NCBI GenBank assembly: GCA_963727505.1
Contig: CAVSGP010000004.1
Coordinates: 544,001 to 608,000, forward strand
Length of the DNA stretch: 64,000 nucleotides
Reading direction: 5' to 3'
Source: an uncultured Trueperaceae bacterium
GTDB taxonomy: Bacteria > Deinococcota > Deinococci > Deinococcales > Trueperaceae
Below the pieces are notes generated by a model. The model searched no databases, was not told the DNA's origin, and saw only the letters and a program-made list of their open reading frames with translations. The position numbers and the translations under genes are program-made. The first letter of the stretch is position 1. Every line of letters begins with the position of its first letter. Positions 1 through 9,931 of this stretch are shown here, in pieces.

Positions 1-1
1 C

Positions 2-790
2 GTGACGATCCTGGACGATCCTGCCGCATGCAACGACACCGCGCGTTACCCCCAACTGTTCCAACTCGACACGCAGACAGGCAACGTGCAACCGGTGGTC
101 CTCAACAGCGGGGTGCAGGTCACGCAGCCGACCGTCCCCGTCGACGACCAGATCACCCCCGACGAGACGCTCTACTTCCTGGTGCCGGGAACCAACAACG
201 CCCAGGTCTGGGCCGACCCGGTGCCGCACGACACCAGCCTCGAGAAGCAGGTGGCCAGCCTGCCAAGCCAGGACCAGACCGCGCTCGCGACCAACGGCAC
301 GGATCTGGTGGCCGTCACCAATCCCTATCCCTACACGTCGGGGAGTTACGTGCAGTCGTTCGTGCAGACCGTCACGCCCGGACTGCTGACGCCTACCGGT
401 ACCCAGATCGACACGATCTACGGGGCGAATGCGCTGGCCATCGATCCGTCGGACGCGACTTCCCAGGTGGTGGTGGCCGGTCACAGCTCGACAGGGTACG
501 GGCAGATCGCCGTGCACCCCGATCCGAGCACCAAGCCCACGGCGACCACGCTCGACTATGCGGGCTACAGCGGGACGGCCGCAGCCATCGACCCGGTGAA
601 CCGCTTCGCCTACGTCGTCGACAACGAGCGCATCGTCGTGCTCGACCTGCTCAGCATCGCCAGCCAGCCTAACGGTTGGTACAAGGCGTTCGACTTCTCG
701 AGCACATCGGATCTCGCGCTGCCCCAGGACGCCACCGGACGCTACGCGACGGCGCTGGCGTGGACGCGCGCCAAGCCGACGACACCCTGA
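2..790 (+). CDS. Hypothetical protein, 5'-truncated by the window edge; probable beta-propeller-like extracellular protein
   Basis: Open frame with host-like codon usage. Repeated 'ALAIDP'/'AAAIDPVNRFAYVVD' blade-like motifs; Thr/Ser/Pro rich. Confidence 0.6.
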   Translation: MTILDDPAACNDTARYPQLFQLDTQTGNVQPVVLNSGVQVTQPTVPVDDQITPDETLYFLVPGTNNAQVWADPVPHDTSLEKQVASLPSQDQTALATNGTDLVAVTNPYPYTSGSYVQSFVQTVTPGLLTPTGTQIDTIYGANALAIDPSDATSQVVVAGHSSTGYGQIAVHPDPSTKPTATTLDYAGYSGTAAAIDPVNRFAYVVDNERIVVLDLLSIASQPNGWYKAFDFSSTSDLALPQDATGRYATALAWTRAKPTTP

Positions 791-817
791 CCGCCGGGCC
801 CGCCCGGCCAGGCAGCG

Positions 818-1819
818 TCAGGCGGGCAACTCCACCTCACCCAGCCCCGCGATCCCGCTCCGGATGTGTTCGACCAGACGGCCCTCGACTGCTCTGTGGG
901 CGGTGCGCAACGCGCTCGCCACCGCCCGTGCGTCGGCGCTGCCATGTCCGATGAAGGCGTGCCCATCGACGCCGAGGAGCGGTTGCGCACCGTACTCCGC
1001 CGGGTCGAGGCGAGCGGCGACGGCCCGCAGGCTCGGCCGCACCAGCATGCCCCCGATGCGGCTGCGCAGGTCGCTTCGCAGGGCGTCGCGTACCCAGGAG
1101 AACAACTCCCTCGCCTCGCCCTCCGCCAGCTTGAGGATCACATTGCCGGTGAAGCCGTCGGTGACGACCACGTCGGTGAGACCGCGGAAGAGGTCGCGCC
1201 CTTCCACGTTGCCGTAGAAACGCACGCCGCGGGTCTCCTTGAGCAGCGCATGGGCCCGCAGGACCAGCTCGTTCCCCTTCTCGGGCTCCTCCCCGATCGA
1301 CATCAAGCCGACGCTGGGCGATGCCACGCCCCACATGGTCCGCACGAAGATCGAGCCCATCAGCGCGAACTGCTGCAGGTGGGAGGGGCGGCACTCGGCG
1401 TTGGCGCCGACATCGATGAGCGCTACGAAGCCATCCTTGACGGGGACGTTCGCGAGGATGCCGGGACGTTCGACACCGCGCAGCCGACCCAGCACGAACA
1501 GCGCGGCCGCCATCGTGGCGCCGGAGTGGCCCATCGACACGGCCGCCGAGGCCTCACCGTCCTTCACCATCTGCATCGTGACCATCACGCTGCTGTCGCG
1601 CCTGCGGCGCACGTCGGCGGCATGCTCTCGCATGGCGATGACGTCGTCGGCGTGGCTCACGGGCAGGGAGGCTCCCCGCTGGTTCAGACCTGCGCGCAGG
1701 CGATCCTCGTCCCCCACGAGAACGACCGGCACGCCCTCCGCCGCGGCGGCGAGCGCGCCGTCGAGCGCCGCGTCGGGCATCCGGTCGCCCCCCATGGCAT
1801 CGAGCGCGATCGGTTCCAT
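818..1819 (-). CDS. plsX: Phosphate acyltransferase PlsX
   Basis: Begins MEPIALDAMGGD; motifs 'IDVGANAEC', 'GNVEGRDL', 'VVVTDGFTGNVILK', 'IGHGS'. TATACT lies 8 nt before the ATG. Confidence 0.95.
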   Translation of the reverse strand: MEPIALDAMGGDRMPDAALDGALAAAAEGVPVVLVGDEDRLRAGLNQRGASLPVSHADDVIAMREHAADVRRRRDSSVMVTMQMVKDGEASAAVSMGHSGATMAAALFVLGRLRGVERPGILANVPVKDGFVALIDVGANAECRPSHLQQFALMGSIFVRTMWGVASPSVGLMSIGEEPEKGNELVLRAHALLKETRGVRFYGNVEGRDLFRGLTDVVVTDGFTGNVILKLAEGEARELFSWVRDALRSDLRSRIGGMLVRPSLRAVAARLDPAEYGAQPLLGVDGHAFIGHGSADARAVASALRTAHRAVEGRLVEHIRSGIAGLGEVELPA

Positions 1820-1877
1820 ATCGGGGCAGTATAGCGCCGCTGCCGCGAGCTCCCGGCGAGCCGCTAGACTGTCGGAC

Positions 1878-2816
1878 GTGGATGTTCGCTCCTTCGAGGC
1901 TCCCGACGGCGAGCGGCTGGACGTCGCCATCGCCATTGCGCTCGAGCTTTCCCGCACCTACGCCAAGGAGCTGGTCAGCGAAGGCTACGTGACGATCGAC
2001 GGCAGGCCGGTCGGCAAGGCCGCGTACAAACTCGGCGGCCACGAGATCGTCTCGGTGTTGCTGCCGCCGCCCCGCCCCATGCTCGTGGAGCCGGAGGACA
2101 TCGACCTGGACATCATCTACCAGGACGACGATCTAGCCGCCATCGACAAGCCGCCCAACCTGGTGGCCCATCCCACGGCAACGTTGCGCTCGGGTACGGT
2201 GGTGAACGCCCTTCTGGGGCGCATGGACTTGTCGAAGGAGAAGATCTACGATCCCGGTGACGAGGCGTACCGGCCGGGCATCGTGCACCGCCTCGACAAG
2301 GACACATCCGGCGTGATGGTGGTGGCCAAGACCGACGCGGCTCATCGACACCTGGCGGCGTCGTTCAAGAAGCGCCTCACCGAGAAGGAGTACGTGGCCA
2401 TCGCGGTGGGATCGATCGACGACGCCGTCCACCTCGATGCCCCCATCGGTCGCCACCCCGTAAAGCGTCAACAGATGACGGTCGGCGGCGAGACATCGAA
2501 GCACGCTGTGACTGCCTTTCGCGTCATCGCCCGGATCCCCGGCTACGTGCTGGTGAAGGCCAAGCCGCACTCGGGACGCACCCACCAGATTCGGGTGCAC
2601 CTCGCCCACTTGGGGGCTCCGGTCCTCGCGGACACGGTCTACGGCCGCGAGTCCGAGGTGATCGATCGCCAGGCGTTGCACGCCTACCGGCTCACCCTGC
2701 CCCACCCGCGAGACAACCAGGCCATCACCTTCATCGCGCAGGTGCCCGTCGACATGGTCAATGCCTGGCTACGCCTGGGGGGCTCCTGGCCTCCCAGCGA
2801 GGACGAAGCACTCTAG
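1878..2816 (+). CDS. rluD: RluA/RluD family 23S rRNA pseudouridine synthase with S4 domain
   Basis: Motifs 'IDKPPNLVAHP', catalytic 'GIVHRLDKDTSG', 'GRTHQIRVH'. GTG start 7 nt after TAGACT. Confidence 0.9.
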   Translation: MDVRSFEAPDGERLDVAIAIALELSRTYAKELVSEGYVTIDGRPVGKAAYKLGGHEIVSVLLPPPRPMLVEPEDIDLDIIYQDDDLAAIDKPPNLVAHPTATLRSGTVVNALLGRMDLSKEKIYDPGDEAYRPGIVHRLDKDTSGVMVVAKTDAAHRHLAASFKKRLTEKEYVAIAVGSIDDAVHLDAPIGRHPVKRQQMTVGGETSKHAVTAFRVIARIPGYVLVKAKPHSGRTHQIRVHLAHLGAPVLADTVYGRESEVIDRQALHAYRLTLPHPRDNQAITFIAQVPVDMVNAWLRLGGSWPPSEDEAL

Positions 2817-2832
2817 CGCCGATGGGCCCGCC

Positions 2833-3486
2833 ATGAGCCCGCTCTGGCTGCTCGTTTACGGTTCCCTGCTGCTGGCCGTCGTGCTGGCCCTGTCGGCGCT
2901 GACCGGTATGAAGCGCTACCGGCGGCTGGGCAGCGCGCTGCAACTCCTGATGTCGCTGCTGCTGCTGGCGCTCGCGGGCCTGGCGCTCGTCATCGCCGTG
3001 GGCGTGCACGGCTACCGGGCGCTGACCCAGGAGGTCACCGCTGCCACGGTGGACGTCGAGCAACTTGCGCCCCAGACCTACCGGGCGCGCGTGAGCTTCG
3101 CTGGCGGCGGCGAGCGGACCTACGATCTCAAGGGGGACGAGCTCTACGTCGACGCCCACATCCTCAAGTGGAAGCCGGTGGCCACCCTGCTGGGGTTGCA
3201 CACCGGCTACCGGCTCGATCGCATCGCCGGCCGCTACGCCAGCATCGAGGACGAGCGCTCGAAGGCGCACAGCGTGTACGTCCTGCAACCGGGAGGGCGC
3301 GTCGACGTCTTCGACCTGGCGCGTCGCTACCCGGTGCTCGCCCCCCTTGTCGACGCTCGCTACGGCAGCGGAACGTTCGTGCGGCTCGGGTCGGGTGGAC
3401 GTTTCGCCATCCGCGTCTCGACGACCGGGCTGCTGGTCCGCCCAGTCGGAGCGCCGTCCGGGCCCAACGACACGCACGCTCGGTAG
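2833..3486 (+). CDS. Hypothetical membrane protein (two N-terminal TM helices)
   Basis: Hydrophobic N-terminus, host-like codon usage, directly downstream of rluD. Confidence 0.7.
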   Translation: MSPLWLLVYGSLLLAVVLALSALTGMKRYRRLGSALQLLMSLLLLALAGLALVIAVGVHGYRALTQEVTAATVDVEQLAPQTYRARVSFAGGGERTYDLKGDELYVDAHILKWKPVATLLGLHTGYRLDRIAGRYASIEDERSKAHSVYVLQPGGRVDVFDLARRYPVLAPLVDARYGSGTFVRLGSGGRFAIRVSTTGLLVRPVGAPSGPNDTHAR

Positions 3487-3524
3487 ACTGTCCCGCAACG
3501 TCACGATGAAGGGACGGTGACCCC

Positions 3525-5348
3525 ATGTCCCAGGCGGACCTTCCCGCATGGCAACTTGACAGCATCTACCCCGGCCTCGACAGCCAGGCCTACCGAGACG
3601 ACCGCGACGCCCTCGTGAAGGGTATCGACGAGCTCGAGGCGTTCCTGGACGAGCACCGGATCCGCGCGCCGGCGAACGGTGGCGACGCGGACCCCCCGGT
3701 GGGCACGCTCGAGGCGCTCGTCGGGCGACTCAACGACCTGTACGAGGCCTTCGCCACCCTGGGATCGTTCCTCGGCAACGCCCTCTCCGTCGACGCCTCC
3801 GACGACCGTGTGCGGGCCGAGCTCACCGCGCTCGATCCGGCGGAAGCGAAGCTCGGCGCCCTCGTGGCCCGCGTCACCGGCTGGGTCGGTGGACTCGACC
3901 TCGATGCCGCGGGCGAGAGCTCCGCCCTGGTGCGCGACCACGCCCACGTGCTGAAGCGCATCCAGGCGGACGCGCTGCACCTGATGGGTGAGGAGGCCGA
4001 GGCCCTGGCCGCCGCGCTCGACGCCAGCGGCGCGAGCGCCTGGGAACGGCTGCACTCCGACCTCGTGAGCCGCCGCTCCCTGACCGTGCGCCTGCCCGAC
4101 GACGACGAGGCGAAGCCCTACGGCGTCGCCGAGCTCTACGTGCGGCTCGCCGACGAGCGCGACGACGTGCGGGCGGCGGCCTTCGCAGCGCAGACCGAGC
4201 TCCTCGAACGGGACGCGGTGCCCTTCGCGGCCGCGCTCAACGGGGTCAAGGGCCAAACCCAGGAGCTGGCACGCCGGCGCGGCTGGCCTTCGGTGCTGGC
4301 GTCCACGCTGTTCGACAACGCCATCGACGCCGCCAGCCTTGAAGCGATGCGCACCGCCACGGCCGAGGCCGCGCCGGTGATGCGCCGATACCTCAAGGCG
4401 AAGGCGCACTTCCTGGGCAAGGAGGCGCTCCGCTGGTCCGACCTGCAGGCCCCGGTCTCGATCGGAGAGCCGCAGCGCTTCGACTGGGAGCAAGCCAAGA
4501 CGTTCGTGATCGAGCGCTTCGGGCGCTACTCGCAACGCCTGGCCACCTTCGCCGAGCGTGCCTTCCGGGAGGGCTGGGTCGACGTCCCGCCGCGACCCGG
4601 AAAACGCAACGGCGCGTTCTGCAGCTCGGTGCTCGGGCGCCGGGAATCGCGCGTCATGCTCAACTTCGGCGGCCGCCTGTCCGACGTGTTCACGCTCGCG
4701 CACGAGCTCGGGCACGCCTACCACAACGACTGCCTGTACCGGTACGAACGCACCGCCATGCAGACGCAACTGCCGATGACGTTGGCGGAGACCGCCAGCA
4801 TCTTCTGCGAGACCCTTGTCACCAACGGGCTCCTGGACGAGGCCGACGATGCCATGGAACTCGCGATCCTGGAGCAGGATCTGCGCCAGACGTCGACGCT
4901 CGTGCTCGACGTCGAGGCGCGCTTCCGTTTCGAGTCCGCGGTGTTCGAGGGGCGCGCCAAGCGACCCCTGACCCCGACGGAGCTCGACGAGCTCATGAAT
5001 GGCGCGCAAGGCGAGGTGTACGGCGACGCCCTGGCCTCTGACGGTGGCCACCGGCTGGCCTGGGCCGAGAAGCCGCACTACTACTTCAGCAGCCGCTCGT
5101 TCTACAACTATCCGTACACCTTCGGGTTCCTGTTCGGCCGCGGCCTCTACAGCGCCTACCGGGAGGACCCCGATGGGTTCCTGGAGCGCTACGATGGGCT
5201 CCTCGCCAGTACCGGCATGGCCGACGCGGCCGCGCTGGCCAACGAGTTCGGCATCGACATCCACGACGCCCGCTTCTGGCGCAGTAGCCTGGCTGTAGCG
5301 CGGGAACGCGTAGAACGGTACGAGACCCTCGTAGGAAGGATGGCCTGA
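3525..5348 (+). CDS. M3 family oligoendopeptidase (PepF-like)
   Basis: 'TLAHELGHAYH' zinc motif, 'LAETASIF', 'FYNYPYTFG', N-terminal 'WQLDSIYP'. Confidence 0.92.
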   Translation: MSQADLPAWQLDSIYPGLDSQAYRDDRDALVKGIDELEAFLDEHRIRAPANGGDADPPVGTLEALVGRLNDLYEAFATLGSFLGNALSVDASDDRVRAELTALDPAEAKLGALVARVTGWVGGLDLDAAGESSALVRDHAHVLKRIQADALHLMGEEAEALAAALDASGASAWERLHSDLVSRRSLTVRLPDDDEAKPYGVAELYVRLADERDDVRAAAFAAQTELLERDAVPFAAALNGVKGQTQELARRRGWPSVLASTLFDNAIDAASLEAMRTATAEAAPVMRRYLKAKAHFLGKEALRWSDLQAPVSIGEPQRFDWEQAKTFVIERFGRYSQRLATFAERAFREGWVDVPPRPGKRNGAFCSSVLGRRESRVMLNFGGRLSDVFTLAHELGHAYHNDCLYRYERTAMQTQLPMTLAETASIFCETLVTNGLLDEADDAMELAILEQDLRQTSTLVLDVEARFRFESAVFEGRAKRPLTPTELDELMNGAQGEVYGDALASDGGHRLAWAEKPHYYFSSRSFYNYPYTFGFLFGRGLYSAYREDPDGFLERYDGLLASTGMADAAALANEFGIDIHDARFWRSSLAVARERVERYETLVGRMA

Positions 5349-6127
5349 TGAACTATCGTGATCTCTTCGATCTCTCGGGCAAGCAGGCCCTCGTCGTGGG
5401 CGCGGGCTCGGGGATCGGCCGGGCGGTGGCCGCGGGACTCTCCGACTTCGGAGCCCAGGTCATCTGCGCCGACGTGCACGCCGAAACGGCGGAAGCCGCG
5501 GCGGCGGAAGTCGAGGGGCGCGGAGGCAAGGCGCGCGCGGTGACCATCGATATCACGCAAGAAGCCCAGGTCCGCGACCTCATCGGCGGCTTGAACGCGC
5601 TCGACGTGCTCGTGAGCACGCCGTCGATCAACGTGCGCAAGCCCCTGCTGGAGGTCTCGGTCGAGGAGTTCCAACGCGTAGTCGACCTCAATCTCAAGGG
5701 AAGCTTCCTGGTGATGCGCGAAGCCGGCAAGCGCATGGCCGCGCAGGGCAAGGGTAGCCTCGTCTTCTTCTCCTCCATCCGCTCGCAGGTCGTCGAGCCC
5801 GGTCAGGGCGTCTACGCGGCGACCAAGGCCGGCACCTTGCAGATGATCCGCGCGCTGGCCGCAGAGCTCGGGCCCAAGGGCGTCCGCGCCAACGCGGTAG
5901 CCCCTGGGGTGGTGGAGACGCCGCTGACCGCCCAGATCAAGAACCAGCCGGAATGGTACCGGGCCTACGCAGAGAAGGGCGCATTGGGCCGGTGGGCGCA
6001 GCCGAGCGAGATGGTCGGCGCGGTGGTGTACCTCGCCAGCGACGCCGCCAGCTTCGTGACGGGCTCGATCCTCTACGTGGACGGCGGCTGGACCGCCGTG
6101 GACGGGCGTTTCACGCCACCTCTGTGA
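5348..6127 (+). CDS. SDR family NAD(P)-dependent oxidoreductase
   Basis: 'GAGSGIG' Rossmann motif, 'YAATK' catalytic motif, 'VDGG'. Confidence 0.92.
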   Translation: MNYRDLFDLSGKQALVVGAGSGIGRAVAAGLSDFGAQVICADVHAETAEAAAAEVEGRGGKARAVTIDITQEAQVRDLIGGLNALDVLVSTPSINVRKPLLEVSVEEFQRVVDLNLKGSFLVMREAGKRMAAQGKGSLVFFSSIRSQVVEPGQGVYAATKAGTLQMIRALAAELGPKGVRANAVAPGVVETPLTAQIKNQPEWYRAYAEKGALGRWAQPSEMVGAVVYLASDAASFVTGSILYVDGGWTAVDGRFTPPL

Positions 6128-7392
6128 GCCTGAGTGCGCACGCCCGGCGCGCGGCCGAGGCGGTCGATCCCGACCGCGTGGCCGCCCTGGCGCGCGGTCT
6201 GGTGCGCGTGCGCAGCGTGTTCGAGCCCGAACGGGGTGGCACCGAGGCGGAGGCGGCCGGGTTCGTGGCGGACGCGCTGCGCGAGATCGGGCTCGAGCCC
6301 GTGATCGAGGACGCCGCGCCAGGTCGCCCCAACGTCATCTGCGACTGGTCGGGGAGCGCCTTCGACCCGGCGCTGCACCGCACCCTCATGTTCGAGGGGC
6401 ACACCGACGTGGTCACCGAGGGCGACCCCGGGCAGTGGACGATCCCTCCGTTCGAGGGACGGATCGAGGGTGGCGTGCTCCACGGGCGCGGCAGCGCCGA
6501 CATGAAGGCCGGCGTGGCCGCCGCCATCGCCGCGTTGGAGGCCGTCCGCCGCGTCGCTCCCGACCTACCAGGGCGCATCCGTCTCGGCATCGTCGCCGAC
6601 GAGGAAGGCATGATGCTCGGCATCAAGAGCTTCATCGAGCGGGGCTGGGCCGACGAGGTGAGCGGGGCCATCATCTGCGAGCCCGAGGAGAACGAGATCT
6701 GCCTGTTCCAGAAGGGTGCCATGCGCCTGCACGTGCGGGTGCGCGGCGTGATGAGCCACGGCGCGATGCCGTATGCCGGTGTGAACCCCATCCTTGGGGT
6801 CGCCGACATCATCGCGGGCGCGCGGTCCATCGAACGCGCCGAGCAGGCGCGTCTGGGGGAACACCCCTACCTCGGACGGCCCTGGCTGACGCCGACCATC
6901 GTGACCGCGCCACCCAGCGGCGAAGCGCAGCACAACGTGATGCCCGAAGAGGCCTATCTGGCGCTGGACATCCGCACCGTGCCGGGCCAGGACCACGACA
7001 CCCTGTTGGAACGCATCGTCGCGCTCTGCCGCTCCGTCGAACGCGCGACCGATCGACTGACAGTCGCTGTGGAGTGCTTCGAATCACGCCCCTGGACCGA
7101 GACGCCCGCCGATGACCCGTTGGTCCGGGCGATCGAGACCGCCTACCCCGAGGTGCTCGAGCGGGCACCCCGTTACGGGGGCGTGCCCGGCGCCACCGAT
7201 GGCACCTTCTTGCGGGCCTGGCGCGACGTTCCCATCGTCACCCTCGGGCCGGGTGACCGCACGATCCCCCATCAGGTCAACGAGTTCGTGCGGCTGTCGG
7301 AAGTCGTGACGGCGGCACGGCTTTACGCCGCCACAGCCGTGGAGTACCTTGGACGGGAAACCCCCATCCATCCCGTCTCCGCTGACGGGTAG
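6124..7392 (+). CDS. M20 family metallopeptidase/amidohydrolase (ArgE/DapE-like)
   Basis: Motifs 'GHTDVV', 'GRGSADMKAG', 'ADEE', 'CEP', 'GATDG', 'HQVNE'. GTG start overlaps the SDR stop. Confidence 0.9.
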   Translation: MSLSAHARRAAEAVDPDRVAALARGLVRVRSVFEPERGGTEAEAAGFVADALREIGLEPVIEDAAPGRPNVICDWSGSAFDPALHRTLMFEGHTDVVTEGDPGQWTIPPFEGRIEGGVLHGRGSADMKAGVAAAIAALEAVRRVAPDLPGRIRLGIVADEEGMMLGIKSFIERGWADEVSGAIICEPEENEICLFQKGAMRLHVRVRGVMSHGAMPYAGVNPILGVADIIAGARSIERAEQARLGEHPYLGRPWLTPTIVTAPPSGEAQHNVMPEEAYLALDIRTVPGQDHDTLLERIVALCRSVERATDRLTVAVECFESRPWTETPADDPLVRAIETAYPEVLERAPRYGGVPGATDGTFLRAWRDVPIVTLGPGDRTIPHQVNEFVRLSEVVTAARLYAATAVEYLGRETPIHPVSADG

Positions 7393-7435
7393 GCCGCGCC
7401 GGACCGGGGCCGGTGATCCTCGAAGGAGGAACGAC

Positions 7436-8935
7436 ATGAAGCGAGTGCTGCTCTTCCTGGTGGCTTCGACGTTGGTTGGCAGTCTGGCTTGGGCAGCGGA
7501 TCCGCCTCCGCAACAAGGCGGCACCGTGACGGTAGCCATCACGGCCGACCCTCCCGGATGGGATCCGACGGCCTCCACCTCACAGGAGATCGCGCGCGTG
7601 GTCTACCACAATGTCTACGAAGGTCTGGTGCGGCTCGACCGCAACGGCAACATCGTGCCGGCCCTGGCGAAGTCCTGGACGGTCAGCCCGGACGGCACCA
7701 CCCTCACCTTCCAGCTCCGGAGCGGCGTGACGTTCCACGACGGCACGCCCTTCACGCCCGAGGACGTGGTGAAGACCTTCGAGCGGGCCAAGGACAAGAC
7801 CTCGGGGCACACCCATCCCGAGTACTACGCCTCGATCGACACCATCGAGGTCGGGCCCGACAACACGGTCGTGTTCCATCTCAGCAAGCCCAACTCCAGC
7901 CTGCTGTTCAATCTGGCGCGGCCGGACTCGGTCATCTATCCGCCGTCGAAGGCCAGCACCCAGCGAAGCCACCCCATCGGCACCGGGCCCTTCATGTTCG
8001 CTTCCTACACGCCGGGTAGCGAGGTGGTGCTGGAGCGCAACCCCCACTACTACATCCAAGGCGAGCCCTACCTCGACAAGGTCGTGTTCAAGATCATGCC
8101 GGACCCGAATACTCGCTTCGCGGCACTGCAGGCCGGTGACATCGATATGATCGCCAGCTCGCTGCCGCCCGAGCAGTACCTGCAGATCAAGAACGGCAGC
8201 GTGGCCGGCGTCAAGGGCGCTGAGGGCACAGCCACGACCGAGATCACGCTGGCACTCAACAACGCACGGCCGCCGCTGAACGACAAGCGCGTGCGCGAGG
8301 CCATCACCATGGCCATCGACAAGAAGGCGATCGTTCAGGGGGCCATGTTCGGTCTCGGCACCGTGATCAGCACGCACATGACGCCCGCGGAGCCGTACTA
8401 CATCAACCCCGACCCCTACCCCTACGACCCGGCGAAGGCCAAGCAATTGCTCGCCGAAGCCGGTTATCCGAACGGCTTCAAGATCAAGCTCGAGCTGCCC
8501 CAGCCCTACCCGATCGAGCGGCGTACGGGTCAGGTCATCGCTCAGCAGCTCAAGCAGGTCGGCATCGACGCGCAGGTGTCGGTCGTGGAGTGGACCACCT
8601 GGCTGCAGCGCATCTTCCTGGGTGGCGACTACGACATGACCATCATCGGCCACTCCGAACCGCGCGACATCAGCATCTACGGCAATCCCAACTACTACTT
8701 CCACTACGACAACCCGGTTGTGCAGAATCTGCTCAAGCAGGCCGAGGCCGCGACCTCGCCGCAAGTGCAGACCGCCGACTACCAGGAGGTCGGGAAGACC
8801 ATCGCTCAGGATGCGGTGAACGTGTGGGTCTTCAGTCCACCGTACCTGGTGGCCACGCGCAACGACATCTACGGCTTCTGGACCAACCAACCCACGCCGG
8901 CGATCGACATGACCCGCGTCTACCGCGCCCCCTAG
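7436..8935 (+). CDS. Peptide/nickel ABC transporter substrate-binding protein (family 5)
   Basis: Signal peptide MKRVLLFLVAST; motifs 'LAKSWTVSPDG', 'FHDGTPFT', 'PIGTGPF'. SD AGGAGG. Confidence 0.93.
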   Translation: MKRVLLFLVASTLVGSLAWAADPPPQQGGTVTVAITADPPGWDPTASTSQEIARVVYHNVYEGLVRLDRNGNIVPALAKSWTVSPDGTTLTFQLRSGVTFHDGTPFTPEDVVKTFERAKDKTSGHTHPEYYASIDTIEVGPDNTVVFHLSKPNSSLLFNLARPDSVIYPPSKASTQRSHPIGTGPFMFASYTPGSEVVLERNPHYYIQGEPYLDKVVFKIMPDPNTRFAALQAGDIDMIASSLPPEQYLQIKNGSVAGVKGAEGTATTEITLALNNARPPLNDKRVREAITMAIDKKAIVQGAMFGLGTVISTHMTPAEPYYINPDPYPYDPAKAKQLLAEAGYPNGFKIKLELPQPYPIERRTGQVIAQQLKQVGIDAQVSVVEWTTWLQRIFLGGDYDMTIIGHSEPRDISIYGNPNYYFHYDNPVVQNLLKQAEAATSPQVQTADYQEVGKTIAQDAVNVWVFSPPYLVATRNDIYGFWTNQPTPAIDMTRVYRAP

Positions 8936-8949
8936 GCGCGTCCGCGAAC

Positions 8950-8976
8950 GGGGGACGGCGGACCGCGCCGTCCCCC
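8950..8976 (+). promoter_or_regulatory. Intercistronic GC hairpin after the SBP gene (mRNA stabiliser/attenuator)
   Basis: GGGGGACGGCG-gaccg-CGCCGTCCCCC, an 11-bp stem without a U-tract. Confidence 0.55.
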
Positions 8977-8986
8977 CCGCCGCCCG

Positions 8987-9931
8987 ATGCTCGGCTTCCT
9001 CACGCGCCGCTTCCTCACCGCCATCGTCAGCGTGCTGCTGGCGTCGGTCGTGGTCTTCTCCGCGCTGCTGGCCGTACCGGGCGATCCGGCCGAGGTCATC
9101 CTCGGGCTGAACGCCAGCCCGGAAGCCTTGACGGCTCTGCGACATCAGCTCGGGCTCGACGAGCCCGCTGCTCAACGCTACGTCCAGTGGCTGGGAGGCA
9201 TCCTTCACGGTGACTTCGGCGAGTCCCTGAACTACCAGAAGCCGGTCGGGGCACTCATCCGCGGCCGCCTGGGCGTCTCCGTCCCGCTGTCGCTGGGAGC
9301 CGCCCTGGTGGCATGCCTCATTGCGCTTCCCCTGGGCATCCTGGCAGCCTTGCGCCGCGGCACGGTGCTCGACCCGCTGATCACGGCCTCCTCGCAGGTC
9401 GGCGCAGCGATCCCGAGCTTCTGGCTGGGTCTGATGCTCATCCTGTTCTTCGCCGTCCGCCTGCACTGGCTGCCCGCCGGGGGCTTCGCGGGCTGGCACA
9501 CCGACCCGGTGCGATCCCTGCGCAGCCTGATCCTCCCTGTGTTCGCCCTGGGCCTGGGGCAGGCCGCCGTCATCACCCGCATGACGCGCGCCGCGATGCT
9601 CGAGGAACTCGATCAGGATTACGTCCGGACGGCGCGCGCGAAGGGACTTGCCACGCGCCGCGTCGTCCTGCTACATGCGCTGCGCAACGCCCTGGTCACG
9701 ATCGTGACGATCTTCGGCCTGAGCCTCACCAACGTCTTCATCGGCTCGATCATCATCGAGCAGGTCTTCGCGCTGCCGGGGATGGGTAGGCTGGTGCTCA
9801 CCGCCATCGGCGCGCGCGACTTCCCCCTGCTCCAGGGCGAGATCCTCGTCTACGCAGCCACCATCGTGGCGCTCAGCTTCCTAGTGGACATCTCCTACGG
9901 CCTGCTCGACCCACGCATCCGGTACGAGTGA
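8987..9931 (+). CDS. Peptide ABC transporter permease (DppB/OppB-like)
   Basis: 'PGDPA', 'GDFGES', EAA loop 'DYVRTARAKGL', C-terminal 'LDPRIR'. Confidence 0.93.
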   Translation: MLGFLTRRFLTAIVSVLLASVVVFSALLAVPGDPAEVILGLNASPEALTALRHQLGLDEPAAQRYVQWLGGILHGDFGESLNYQKPVGALIRGRLGVSVPLSLGAALVACLIALPLGILAALRRGTVLDPLITASSQVGAAIPSFWLGLMLILFFAVRLHWLPAGGFAGWHTDPVRSLRSLILPVFALGLGQAAVITRMTRAAMLEELDQDYVRTARAKGLATRRVVLLHALRNALVTIVTIFGLSLTNVFIGSIIIEQVFALPGMGRLVLTAIGARDFPLLQGEILVYAATIVALSFLVDISYGLLDPRIRYE